NCBI GenBank assembly: GCA_010093705.1
Contig: MU006092.1
Span: forward strand, 502,623-566,622
Source of the DNA: Patellaria atrata CBS 101060
Taxonomy: Eukaryota
Reading direction: 5' to 3'
Length of the DNA stretch: 64,000 bases
Shown: positions 13,045 to 23,800 of the stretch, piece after piece
How positions within the stretch are numbered: the first letter of the stretch is position 1
How the letters are laid out: every line of letters starts with the position of its first letter
Notes under the pieces: model-generated
Told to the model about the DNA's origin: nothing
What the model saw: only the letters and a program-made list of their open reading frames with translations
Database searches by the model: none
Made by a program: the position numbers and the translations under genes

Positions 13045-14094
13045 CTACCCTTCCCCCTCGATAGCCCTAATCATCCTCCTCTTACTCTCCTTCCTAGCCC
13101 GTTCCTCATCCCTAACCATCGCCTTGACACCTTCGTCCATACTGCCCGCCCACTCCGCAACCTCCCTTTCCAACCCCTCAACCTGCGCGCCAAACTCGCG
13201 CTCCAAATCCCTGAGCTCAGAAGCCAGCGCCACGGTCTCCGGCTCGGCCTGATAAAGCTCCCCCGTCTCGACTTCGCCGCCAGGGTTCAAAATCGACTTC
13301 GCAACCAGGGAGATCTGCGCACAGACGCCTTTGCGCTCCTCTTCTAGCTCCTTTAAGAGCTTGCCTTCAGCTGCGAGCTCGGTGGCCAGAGCTCCCATCT
13401 CGGCTTCCAGCGTCGTGGTCCGCGTTGTGTTTTTCGCTGGGTTGCGGACGAGGATGGGATACGTGTGAATAGGCTCGTAGAGGGTTCTGAGGCGGTCGTC
13501 GAGGCGCTTCTGCTGCGGTGTGAGTGAGGTGGGTTGGAGGGATGGGTGCGAGAGGAGGGAGTCGTGGATTTGGATTAGGGCGTCTTGGGTTTGTGTGCGT
13601 AAGGATATGAGGTAGGAGTGTGTGGCTTCTGGGTCGGGTTAGTGGGTTCCGTCATTCGATTGTTGAATGTGAGTTCCAGGCGGTTGGTGGAGAGAAATGG
13701 ACTTCTTACCTTTGAAGTTACGTGATAGGACATGCTCTTTGCGCTGGGGTTTGGATATCTTGTTTGGAGAGACGATTGTGACGCGGGGTTTGGATGTGGA
13801 ACTGCTGGTTCCGCTCGTGCTGGTGGGTGCTTGGATGCGTTTTGGTGGGTTGAGCTTGGTCTTGAGGGCGGCGGGGGGTTGGATGGGCTTCTTGAAGATT
13901 CCGGAGGTGGAGATTGGGATTTTCGATTTGGATTTCCGTTCTGCGGCAGCATTGGGGTTATTAGAAGCTTTGAGGGAGCGTTGTAGACTGGGTTTGCCCG
14001 GACGAGCTGTGACATTGGGACTGCTTTGGAGGTGTGGATACTTTGAAAGGTATTCGGCGGTTTGCTCTTGTAGTTTGGTTCTTTTGCGCTCCAT
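13045..14094 (-). CDS. Hypothetical protein with basic low-complexity N-terminus and C-terminal coiled coil, 2 exons
   Basis: An intron GTAAGA...CTAAC...CAG (about 13711-13630) joins ORF 13639..14094 in frame to ORF 13045..13398. No family recognised. Confidence 0.65.
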
Positions 14095-14599
14095 GCTGTG
14101 ATCGAAGAAGGTAGTTGGTAGGTTTATGTGCCACTAGGATTAACAAGGATCTGAGTTGTGAAGGTACTGGAAATAGGAAGAGAGAACTGGAAAGTTTTGT
14201 GACTTCCACTTAAGGAAGGGTCAACTGAGCTCAGTCCAACCTACGTGCCTTCTCTACCTGAAAATGACGAGAATAAGGTATACCGTATTTTAGCTTGAAA
14301 ATTCATAGCTTGAATCAAATGCTGCCTGAATGTACCTGTATGAAAATGTGTAGACTTACTTTGAAATTCTGTCTCGTAAACCATACCTTAGTTGTAGAAC
14401 AGTTGTTCCTACATGACGCGGTGGACTCCTCGATTGCTACTACCGAGTGGTGTACAGCAATTCATTTCCCAAGTTTTGCGCCTGGTCAGTCTTCAGTTCT
14501 CTTTGTGCCATCTACAGAACAGTACAATTTGATGAAGAGACAAATTCACAGTATGGAAGTGCGCGCGTGCATCAAGAGTACAGTGATCGTGAAGCGGGA

Positions 14600-15050
14600 G
14601 TCCAATTCGTTCAAGTATTTTGCACAGCCCAGTCACTTCATCCAGTCCATTTGTTACGTACGGTCTAGTCGTTTCGTAAGGTATAGTCTAGTTATTCTGG
14701 ACAGCCCAGTCGGTTTATATAGATTGGGCCATTTGAACAGTCAATTCGTTTTGAAAAATCGAACCACTTTGTACTGTTCGGCTCTTTCCTACATGCGAAA
14801 CCTCCGGCTCAATCTAGTCCTCTTTATATTTCGCACGTATGTATAATCAGGTACTTCTGTAACATCTGGTCATTTCTTTTTTACCGCCGGCCCTTTCGTA
14901 CAGTCTGGCCATTTCATATAGTTCACTTCTTTCGTACGGAATAGTCCTTTCTCATATTATTAGTTCTATACGCCCCTGGATATTTGGTATAATCCATTCT
15001 TTTAGTGATTTTCGGGTTCTGTACTATCCAGTTGTCTTATCGTATCGTCA
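14600..15050. repeat. Highly degenerate ~18-bp tandem repeat (consensus near TTTCGTACAGTCTGGCCA)
   Basis: Recurring units such as ttcgtacagtctggcca, ttcgtacggaatagtcc, tacgtacggtctagtcg, tttgcacagcccagtca, ctggacagcccagtcg. Confidence 0.55.
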
Positions 15051-16089
15051 ATTTTGATCAAGGAAATGAGACGATGACTTAGAGAGAACGCGTACATTGG
15101 ACTCGGAGTACTACACTAGGCAACGTAAGAAGTTATGGTGAAGACATTGATTCGGAAACGAAAGTCAAGATTCTCCTCGCACATTTGTACTTCATCTGAA
15201 ATCCTCTGTCATATTGACATGAGGTTTTTGTACTCCGGTCCATCACTTAAAGGGCAGAGTACCACTCTCAGTACCGTCTATCAATAAATTACCGCACCTA
15301 CTAAAGTCTGCGTTCATACGTATAATGAATGAGAAAGCAGGAGTACTTCTTCTCCGTTACATTTCAGAGAAGAAGAATATCTGATCTTAAACCAGAAGAA
15401 TGGTGGATGTGGTATGCGAGAGCTCTTACACGTCCCATTATGGTGATTAGCCTTGCAAGCATACGCATGAGCTAGTTCTATCGGAGATGGGATGAGAAGA
15501 TATTAAATAGATAGATTGGATGACCCGGTGGCCAGGTTTCGGAGGCAAACACCATGGAGACTGCATTGGACATTGGACGTCACTTGCAACACAAGTGAGA
15601 GTTGATACAATACGGAGTAGATTTTATTCATACTCCAGAGGTAAATGCATCTCAAAGGAGATAGAAATGACATTTTTCCTGATGTGTCAGTCGGACTCCG
15701 GCCAGAATACGGAGAGAATCTCGGCGTGGAGAAAACTGGAGAACACATCTTCTCTCGTTGTTCGCTTCCAATTGTTCCCTGTTGTTGCAGCGAAGATCGG
15801 CGTCGAATGTCACAATCGCCTCTCTAGCGCCTAGAAACGCTTGTGGAGCACACAATTCTACTCGACCCTGACATTTTTTCACCGCCGTAGCTGCCCCTCA
15901 ACAAAAAAAAAAAGGCATAAATCTCTGCTCTACCCACCTCTTCATCTATCTACATACCTCCTACCTCCTATCAATCTCTCACTACTTCAAATCATTCTGA
16001 ACGAACGTTGTTCTACCCAGAACACTCTCCTATACCCCACTATCCCCCACCTTCCACACATTTTACTTATATTAGCTATCACATAGAAG

Positions 16090-18446
16090 ATGGTGGCTTC
16101 ATCAGTTCTAGGGTTCCCTCGCCAGGGAGTTCTCCGTGATCTGAAGAAGGCGACTGAAGCTTACTGGGCTGGAAAGATTTCCCAATCAGACCTTCTTGCT
16201 GAGGGAAAGAGACTGAGATTGGCACACTGGAAGATTATGAAAGATGCTGGTGTCGACATTATCCCTAGCAATGACTTTGCTTACTATGATCATGTCCTAG
16301 ACCACATTCAGCTATTCAATGTAAGTCACATCATTTATCTTACTATACCAGTTCCTAACATGAATTTTTACAGGCTATTCCCGACAGATACTCCAAGCAT
16401 GGGCTCGACACGATTGACCAATACTTCGCTATGGGTCGTGGACATCAAAAGGATGGCATTGATGTTCCTAGCTTGGAAATGGTGAAATGGTTTGACTCCA
16501 ACTACCACTACGTCAAGCCCACTTTTCAGGACAACCAGACATTCAAGCTCGCCGACGACCCTAAGCCGGTTCGTCATTTCCTCGAGGCCAAGGAGGCTGG
16601 TATTACGACCCGTCCCGTCATCCTAGGTCCAGTCTCTTTCCTCCATCTCGGAAAGGCGGACCGTGGACAGTCCGTTCAGCCAATCGATTTGCTTGACAAG
16701 CTTCTTCCTGTCTATGTCGAGCTTCTCGAGGCCTTGAAGAAGGCTGGCGTTGAGGATGTTCAAATCGATGAGCCAATCCTCGTCTTCGATCTCCCTCCTA
16801 AGGTGAAGGAGGCCTTCAAACCCGCCTATGAGAAGCTTTCTGGCGATTTTCTCCCAAGGCTTCTGCTCGCCACTTACTTCGGTGATATCGTGCATAACTT
16901 GGACGTTCTTCCCTCCATTCAACACCTTTATGGTCTCCACATCGATCTCGTTCGAAACCCAGAACAACTTGAGAGCATCGTTAGCCAGCTTGGTCCCCAG
17001 CAAATTTTGTCGGCCGGCGTTGTTGACGGACGTAATATCTGGAAGACAAACTTCAAGAGGGCGATCGAGATTGTAGAGTCCACGATTCAAAAGGTCGGAA
17101 AGGAGAGGGTCATTGTAGCTACATCGAGTTCCTTGCTCCATGTTCCTCATACATTGGACAGCGAGAAGAAGCTCGATCCTGAGGTCAAGGACTGGTTTGC
17201 TTTCGCCGTCCAGAAGGTTTCTGAAGTCGTTGTCATCGCTAAGGCTGTTACGGAAGGCCCTGCTGCCGTTAGGGAAGAACTTGAGGCCAATGCTAAGTCT
17301 ATGGCTGCGCGTGCTTCTTCCAAACGTACAAACAACCAATCTGTCAAGGATCGGCTAGCCAAGGTTAACGATGAGATGCACAACCGTCAATCACCTTTCC
17401 CAGAGCGACACTCACAACAGAAGGAGCACCTCAAACTCCCAACCTTCCCTACTACCACCATTGGCTCTTTCCCACAGACCTCTGAAATTCGTATTCAAAG
17501 GAACAAGTTTACCAAGGGTGAAATCACAGAGGAGGAGTACAACAAGTTCATCGAAAACGAGATTGATCAGGTTATCAAGATTCAAGATGAACTTGATCTC
17601 GATGTCTACGTTCATGGTGAGCCAGAACGAAACGACATGGTGCAATACTTTGGTGAAAGACTCGATGGCTATGTCTTCACCACCCATGCCTGGGTCCAAA
17701 GTTATGGCTCCCGCTGTGTCCGTCCACCAATCATTGTTGGTGATATCTCCCGTCCTGCTCCTATGACCGTCAAAGAGTCCAAGTACGCTGCTTCCAAGTC
17801 AAAGAAGCCAATGAAGGGTATGCTTACTGGCCCTATCACCTGCTTGCGCTGGTCATTCCCTCGTGATGACATTCACCAATCTGTCCAAGCTCAACAATTG
17901 GCTCTCGCACTGCGTGATGAGGTTGTTGATCTTGAATCAGCTGGTATCTATGTCATCCAGGTTGATGAGCCTGCTCTTCGTGAAGGTCTTCCTCTCCGCA
18001 CTGGCCGCGAGCGTGAGAACTACTTATCTTGGGCTGTTGATGCCTTCAAGCTTGCTACTTCTGGTGTTAAGGATTCCACTCAAATCCACTCTCACTTCTG
18101 CTACTCCGAGTTCCAGGATTTCTTCCACGCCATTGCTGCACTTGATGCTGATGTTCTCAGTATTGAGAACAGCAAGAGTGACGCTAAGCTTCTGCAGGTC
18201 TTCGTTGATACTGCCTATCCTCGTCACATTGGCCCGGGTGTTTATGACATCCACTCTCCTCGTGTTCCCTCTGAGCAGGAGATGAAGGATCGTGTCGCTG
18301 AGATGCGCAGGTACCTCAGGCCCGATCAGCTCTGGATCAACCCCGATTGCGGTCTCAAAACCCGTCAATGGAAGGAGACCAAGGAGGCACTTACCAACAT
18401 GGTTAATGCGGCCAAGTTTTACCGCGAAAAGACTGCTACTGCATAA
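16090..18446 (+). CDS. MET6: Cobalamin-independent methionine synthase, 2 exons
   Basis: LGFPR, KWFDSNYHY, HGEPERNDMV, SYGSRCVRPP, HSHFCYS, WINPDCGLKTR. Confidence 0.98.
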
Positions 18447-19075
18447 ATTCCCAATAAGTAAAGATATACAATGGACTTCAGGGCGTTCTGGTGTAATGAA
18501 TTATTAACGACAGCTTTCATATATTTTCTAATAGTCTAACTCTTGTGCATAAGATGCGGGGGTGGGAAAAAATCTCAACGATTTAACGGCGTTCAACATG
18601 CTGTGACAGGGAATTTCAGGCGCATATTCAAAGATACCGTTTCTTTAGGAGTTACGAAAAGCAATTTGCAGCGTTCAACATGCATATATGCGCGTCCTGT
18701 CGCGCCGTCATTGGGTGGATAGAGAAAAACGATAACCCGCTTCAACCGGGCTCGAATGTGGTGTATGGAAGATATTGGGTGAAGCATAATAATGCTGAAT
18801 GAGTCTAGGTATTAGAATAGATCCATATAATGGAATAATTCGGATGTCCAGGCTACAACTGTGCTTTCGTTGAAATTCGTTTTTTAACTGATAGCAACCC
18901 TCTTTGGGAAAAGCTTGCATGACTCGTTTACTGTAAAGTAACGTCATACCGTCACCTAGTTCTCATCCCATCATTCCCATCTTGTCAATTTCAATGATTA
19001 TGGATTGACACAGGTATATCTCCACGAGAGAACAGCTTGCGATCAGATAGATTCTCGGAGATTATACAGGCCACA

Positions 19076-20050
19076 ATGTCCGCCGACCTTTCCACCCGTA
19101 TCTCTCACCTCCGCTCCCTTCTCCCTACCCTCGAGTCCGCGATCCAATCCTTCGTCTCAGAGACATCCAGGAGAGGAAAACCAGGCTTCCGGCTGCTCCA
19201 AACGATAAAACCTTCCCAGTCTGAGGAAGAGAAGCAATCTCTTCGAACCCTTTACATCCTCGACTCGAGCTTCAACCCTCCAAGCCTTGCTCACCGCGCC
19301 CTATGTCTCGATGCTCTTCGCAATAGCCCGTCACAAACCGGACTTAAGCGTCTACTACTTCTCTTCAGTACACACAATGCAGATAAGTCTGCAGATGCAA
19401 AAACTTTCATACACCGAGTTGCGACCATGATACTCTTCGCTGAGGATCTCTCGACGTCGTTACCTCCCCCTGAGGGGCAGATTTCGATCGATGTTGCGTT
19501 GACGAGTTCGCCGTATTATACAGATAAGACACGAGCTATTGAGTCGTTGCATACGGATGAATCGGAGGACCCGTATCCGTCGAAACCGACGCATGTTCAT
19601 TTAGTCGGGTATGATACGTTTACCAGGGTGCTGGATCCTAAGTACTATTCCTCTTTCTCGCCTCCGCTGTCTGCGCTGAGGGGTTACTTCGGTGCTGGGC
19701 ATCGCTTCCGTGTTGCTCTTAGGCCTGCTGATCAGGCGGATCCTAGTTCGAGTGAATGGGGTACCGAAGAAGACCAGAGAAAGAGGATAGAGGGACTAGC
19801 GGTTGATGAAGAGCTCGGAAGTAAGGGGTGGGATAAGACGTGGGGCCAAAAAATTGAGATAGCTGGTGACGGCAATGGAGATAAGTGGGTTAAAGCGGGA
19901 AAGGGAGTGAGTTCGACTAGAATACGGAACGCGGCCGGAGAGGGGAGATGGGATGAGGTGAAAGAGCTGTGTACGGAGGGAGCGGCAGCGTGGATCAAGG
20001 AGATGGGGGTTTACAGTACATCAGGGGAAAAGAGAGAGGGGAATCTATAG
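19076..20050 (+). CDS. POF1: Pof1-like NMN adenylyltransferase (cytidylyltransferase fold)
   Basis: LDSSFNPPSLAH, LLLFSTHNADK, GYDTFTRVLDPKYY, VSSTRIR; first ATG at 19076. Confidence 0.8.
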   Translation: MSADLSTRISHLRSLLPTLESAIQSFVSETSRRGKPGFRLLQTIKPSQSEEEKQSLRTLYILDSSFNPPSLAHRALCLDALRNSPSQTGLKRLLLLFSTHNADKSADAKTFIHRVATMILFAEDLSTSLPPPEGQISIDVALTSSPYYTDKTRAIESLHTDESEDPYPSKPTHVHLVGYDTFTRVLDPKYYSSFSPPLSALRGYFGAGHRFRVALRPADQADPSSSEWGTEEDQRKRIEGLAVDEELGSKGWDKTWGQKIEIAGDGNGDKWVKAGKGVSSTRIRNAAGEGRWDEVKELCTEGAAAWIKEMGVYSTSGEKREGNL

Positions 20051-20899
20051 GGTGGATGGTATGTAATTGGTTGGCAGGACGCAAAGAACAGCTTGCCTCC
20101 CGCATCGAACACCTACTATGACCAGGGAAATACGATCTCATTTGTCATTAAACTGACCATCTGTGTGGCATAGTCTGCAGGTCTTAGGTATGCGTCTTCA
20201 TAAGTGTGGTTTCGGTTTGGACTAGACCTTGGGTCAGGGATTTCGACACGACCCGGATAGTCATCCAGCTAATAAAGGGCAATGGTGCCTGTTAGCTCTG
20301 ATGCGTCGAAAGTCCAATGTCTACGTCTTGGTCTCGAAACAGATCTCCTTTAGTGATGACGGATTCTTCCACACCTCAGCGCAGCCTCAGCGCTGGAAGC
20401 AACACGCCGTTTCTAGACAGGAAACCCGTCTCTACCTGCATTCGAAGGTAGATGAATTTCGTAGGGGCTTTACAGGGGCGAAATTTGACATTTGGCAATA
20501 TGTTCCGCACCCCGCACTTGTCGCTGCAAGGTACCTCGTGACTTGTTCCAAGAGGACGATGATCAAAAAGAATACTAGGAAGAGACAGTCCGTGGGTATG
20601 GTTCTACAATTCCACCGAAACCACCACTACGAGCTCTATGCTCTCTCAGAATACCACAATAGAGTTCTTAAAGTAGACGCGGATTCATCGTTGATCACAC
20701 TTCACTAAATAATATAATTTGCATAAGGTACTTCCATTGATTTTAATAGTATTATACCTATCAGAATGACATATCTGATTAAGGACTACCGCATTCGGCT
20801 AATTGATGTGGTGTTACGCGGTGAACACGAGAATGCGTGACTGCAGCTTAAATAGCCCCACCTATTGGTCACTTTGCCACAACACTGTATAGTGATGCA

Positions 20900-22056
20900 A
20901 TGATGGGTAATACGATGCGTTTGCAATTTCTACTTCGCAATTGTCATAAAACTTTCAATTGTTCTACAACTCTTCGTCCCAAACCCTCTTTCTCCAAACA
21001 AGCACATACTCGAACTTTCAATCGAAGAATACAGAGAACAGTCAGCATGTCTGATAAGGCTCACTTCGAATCAGGTCGGTTCATTCTTTGTTTCGCGTGT
21101 CAATTGATAATTGTTAACGAGGAATTTAGGTCACAAAGTTGAGCCGCAGGAGCAAACGTTGCCGGGCTCTCAAAAGAAGCTCAACCCTCAACCCGTATCT
21201 GAACAGCTTCCTACCGACGATGAAGGCTACCAAACCTACAAGGCCGCTGGAAAGCTAGAAGGCAAGAAAGCCATCATTACTGGTGGTGATTCTGGTATTG
21301 GTCGAGCAGTTGCCATTCTATTCGCCATGGAAGGTGCGGACAGTTTAATAGTCTACCTTCCTCAAGAAGAGAAGGACGCACAAGAGACAAAGAAGAAGGT
21401 CGAGGAAAAGGGCGCGAAGTGTTACCTCCTCGCAACAGATTTGACCAGCAAAGACAATTGCAAAAAGGTGATCGACGCCGCGTTGGAGAAGTTTGGCGGG
21501 AAGATCGATATCTTGGTGAACAATGCGGCATACCAGATGGTGTGTCAGGATATCCGGGATTTGCCCGAGTATGTCTTGCTCCGTCTCTCCGGGGTCAAAT
21601 CTGTCGGTATCCTAATAATTTCGCAGAGAGCAATGGATCCATACCTTCAACGTAAACATCCACCCCTACTTCTACCTCGCGAAGTACTCACTCCCACACA
21701 TGTCCCGTGGAAGCACAATCATCAATAACGCCTCGATCAACGCATACATTGGGCGTCCCGATCTACTAGACTATACAGCGACCAAGGGAGCCATCGTCTC
21801 TTTTACGCGTGGTCTTAGCAACCAGTACGTCTCGAAAGGCATTCGTGTTAATGCCATCGCTCCTGGACCGGTTTGGACACCGTTGATTCCGGCCACAATG
21901 ACGAAGGAGAATCAGGAACAGTTCACAAGCCCGATGGGTAGACCGAGTCAACCCAGCGAGATTGCCGCGTGCTTCGTCTTCCTAGCTGGTCCCGATAGCA
22001 GCAGTATCAGCGGACAGACACTTCACCCTAACGGTGGTGTTATTGTCAACGGTTAG
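20900..22056 (+). CDS. Classical short-chain dehydrogenase/reductase (YhdF/YghA-like), 3 exons; conserved part starts at ATG 21047
   Basis: ITGGDSGIGRA, ILVNNAA, catalytic YTATK, IRVNAIAPGPVWTPL. Confidence 0.9.
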
Positions 22057-22880
22057 GTTAGTGGGAGCGAGGAGGGGTTCTGAAGAGAGCGAGTGCGATT
22101 TGCGTCATCATAGCGGATGAGCCTTGATATGACAGATAGGTCTAGACGAGGTCTGTAGAAATAATACCTTACACGTACTCTAAAACTACTCTTAACCTGC
22201 TCTTTAAAACAGTGCTTGTGGTGGTCAGCAGATTGTTCCTCCGGATCCATCTTCCGAGATCCCACCATTATCAAAACCTGTCATCTACAGTAGGTATGAT
22301 CATGACATCCCACTGCCCCTTCTAGGACAACTATAAGCGAATTAATCAAGTCTGATGGCGTAGTTTCCAACTAAATGTCGAGAATACAAATATCTTGGAT
22401 GCGGATGACGTCGCGGAGAATTTCCCGCACGGATCACACCTAATGTGTCTCGGCAAGGCTAAGACGAGACGGGAAGCGAACCCTGAATGACGTCTGCCTC
22501 ATTTACAGGGCAAACACACCATCAAGGAGCCACAACAGCTTTCTAACCAAGGTACCGTACACGCAACCTGCGATGATCGTCAATGGGGAACCCGCCTGAC
22601 CCTGACAGTTTGGCGATAACCGGTTTTCCGGTCCGCGGGGCATGATGTAGGGCTTGGATTATTACCAGAGGAGGTTATAAAGAGAAGCTTGAAGACTGAT
22701 GGTGAGAGCTAACTTGACTCTACCAATAATACACATGTACAATATACACGCTACAACAACCTAAACACGTATCGATAACCCTTCCCTGAACTTTTCACTT
22801 ACCATTCTACTGTATCATACAAGTACCTGCTACCACAAACCACCTATCCAACCAGCAACAGAATCCTTAAAACGGGAAAA

Positions 22881-23338
22881 ATGAGACACACCACAACCCG
22901 TACCCACCACGCGACCCCCGTCCGCACCACCGCAGCTCGCAAACCATCCCTCCTCTCCCGTCTCCGCGGCCGCCGGACCGCAACACGCCGCTCCACGCGC
23001 GTCACGCCCACGACGACCACGACGACGACAGTGACACAGACGACCAAAACCACTCGCGGACATGGTACGGGTGTGAATGGAGGGGCAAGACAGGGGCATA
23101 GGCGGAAAAGACACGCGAGTCTCGGGGATAAAGTCTCCGGATTGGTGTTGCGGGTTAAGGGGTCTTTGACGGGGAGGAGGGGTGTTAAGGTATGTGCGCT
23201 TTTTTCTTTTCTTGGGGGGCCGAGGGTTGATTTGACTGAGTGAGTGAGTAAGTGCTGATTTTGTTGTAGGCGGCCGGCACGCGTAGGATGCATGGGACTG
23301 ATGGACGTGTTGGACGGGGGACGAGGAGGCGGTATTAG
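22881..23338 (+). CDS. Small Arg/Thr/His-rich conserved fungal hypothetical protein, 2 exons
   Basis: Intron 23190-23269 joins SLGDKVSGLVLRVKGSLTGRRGVK to AAGTRRMHGTDGR, a motif I recognise from uncharacterised ascomycete proteins; TATA at about 22676. Confidence 0.75.
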
Positions 23339-23800
23339 ATTTCTCAAGACGGACTTCGCGGTGTCCCGGGTTTGTAAACCGTTTGCGAGGAAGATGACGG
23401 ATTGCAAGTAGATTTGTGTGGAACTCGGGATTGAGAAACGGGGATGTCTTACCCTGGGCTGCGAGCTGTATTTCAATTCTGGTTTTATTTTGCCGGGGTT
23501 TGGTATATGATGTAACCGGCGCCAGGTATACTGAACTGTACGATACGCGAGAGTATGAAATACGGGCGGATAATAGGTGGAAGTGTACGGTTACGGATAG
23601 ATGATACCCTTTTTCATAGTCAATATCGACATAAGATTACCACCTCACCTACCCATGATCAAATGAGCGTACATCGCATCTAGCCTAAATCCTATCGAGT
23701 TCAAACACAAACATAACAGACGCCATAATATAAAACCCATACCTTCCATACCAACGTAAAATCCTATAGCGACATCCTACTTACCCTGACCTTTGTCCAT

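Noticed and set aside
15000..16089. SAM or TPP riboswitch upstream of MET6
   Set aside because: No TPP aptamer core or other recognisable aptamer seen.
20229..20708. 159-aa intergenic ORF
   Set aside because: Non-ATG start in the track, no motifs, no clear splice structure; cannot be supported as a gene.
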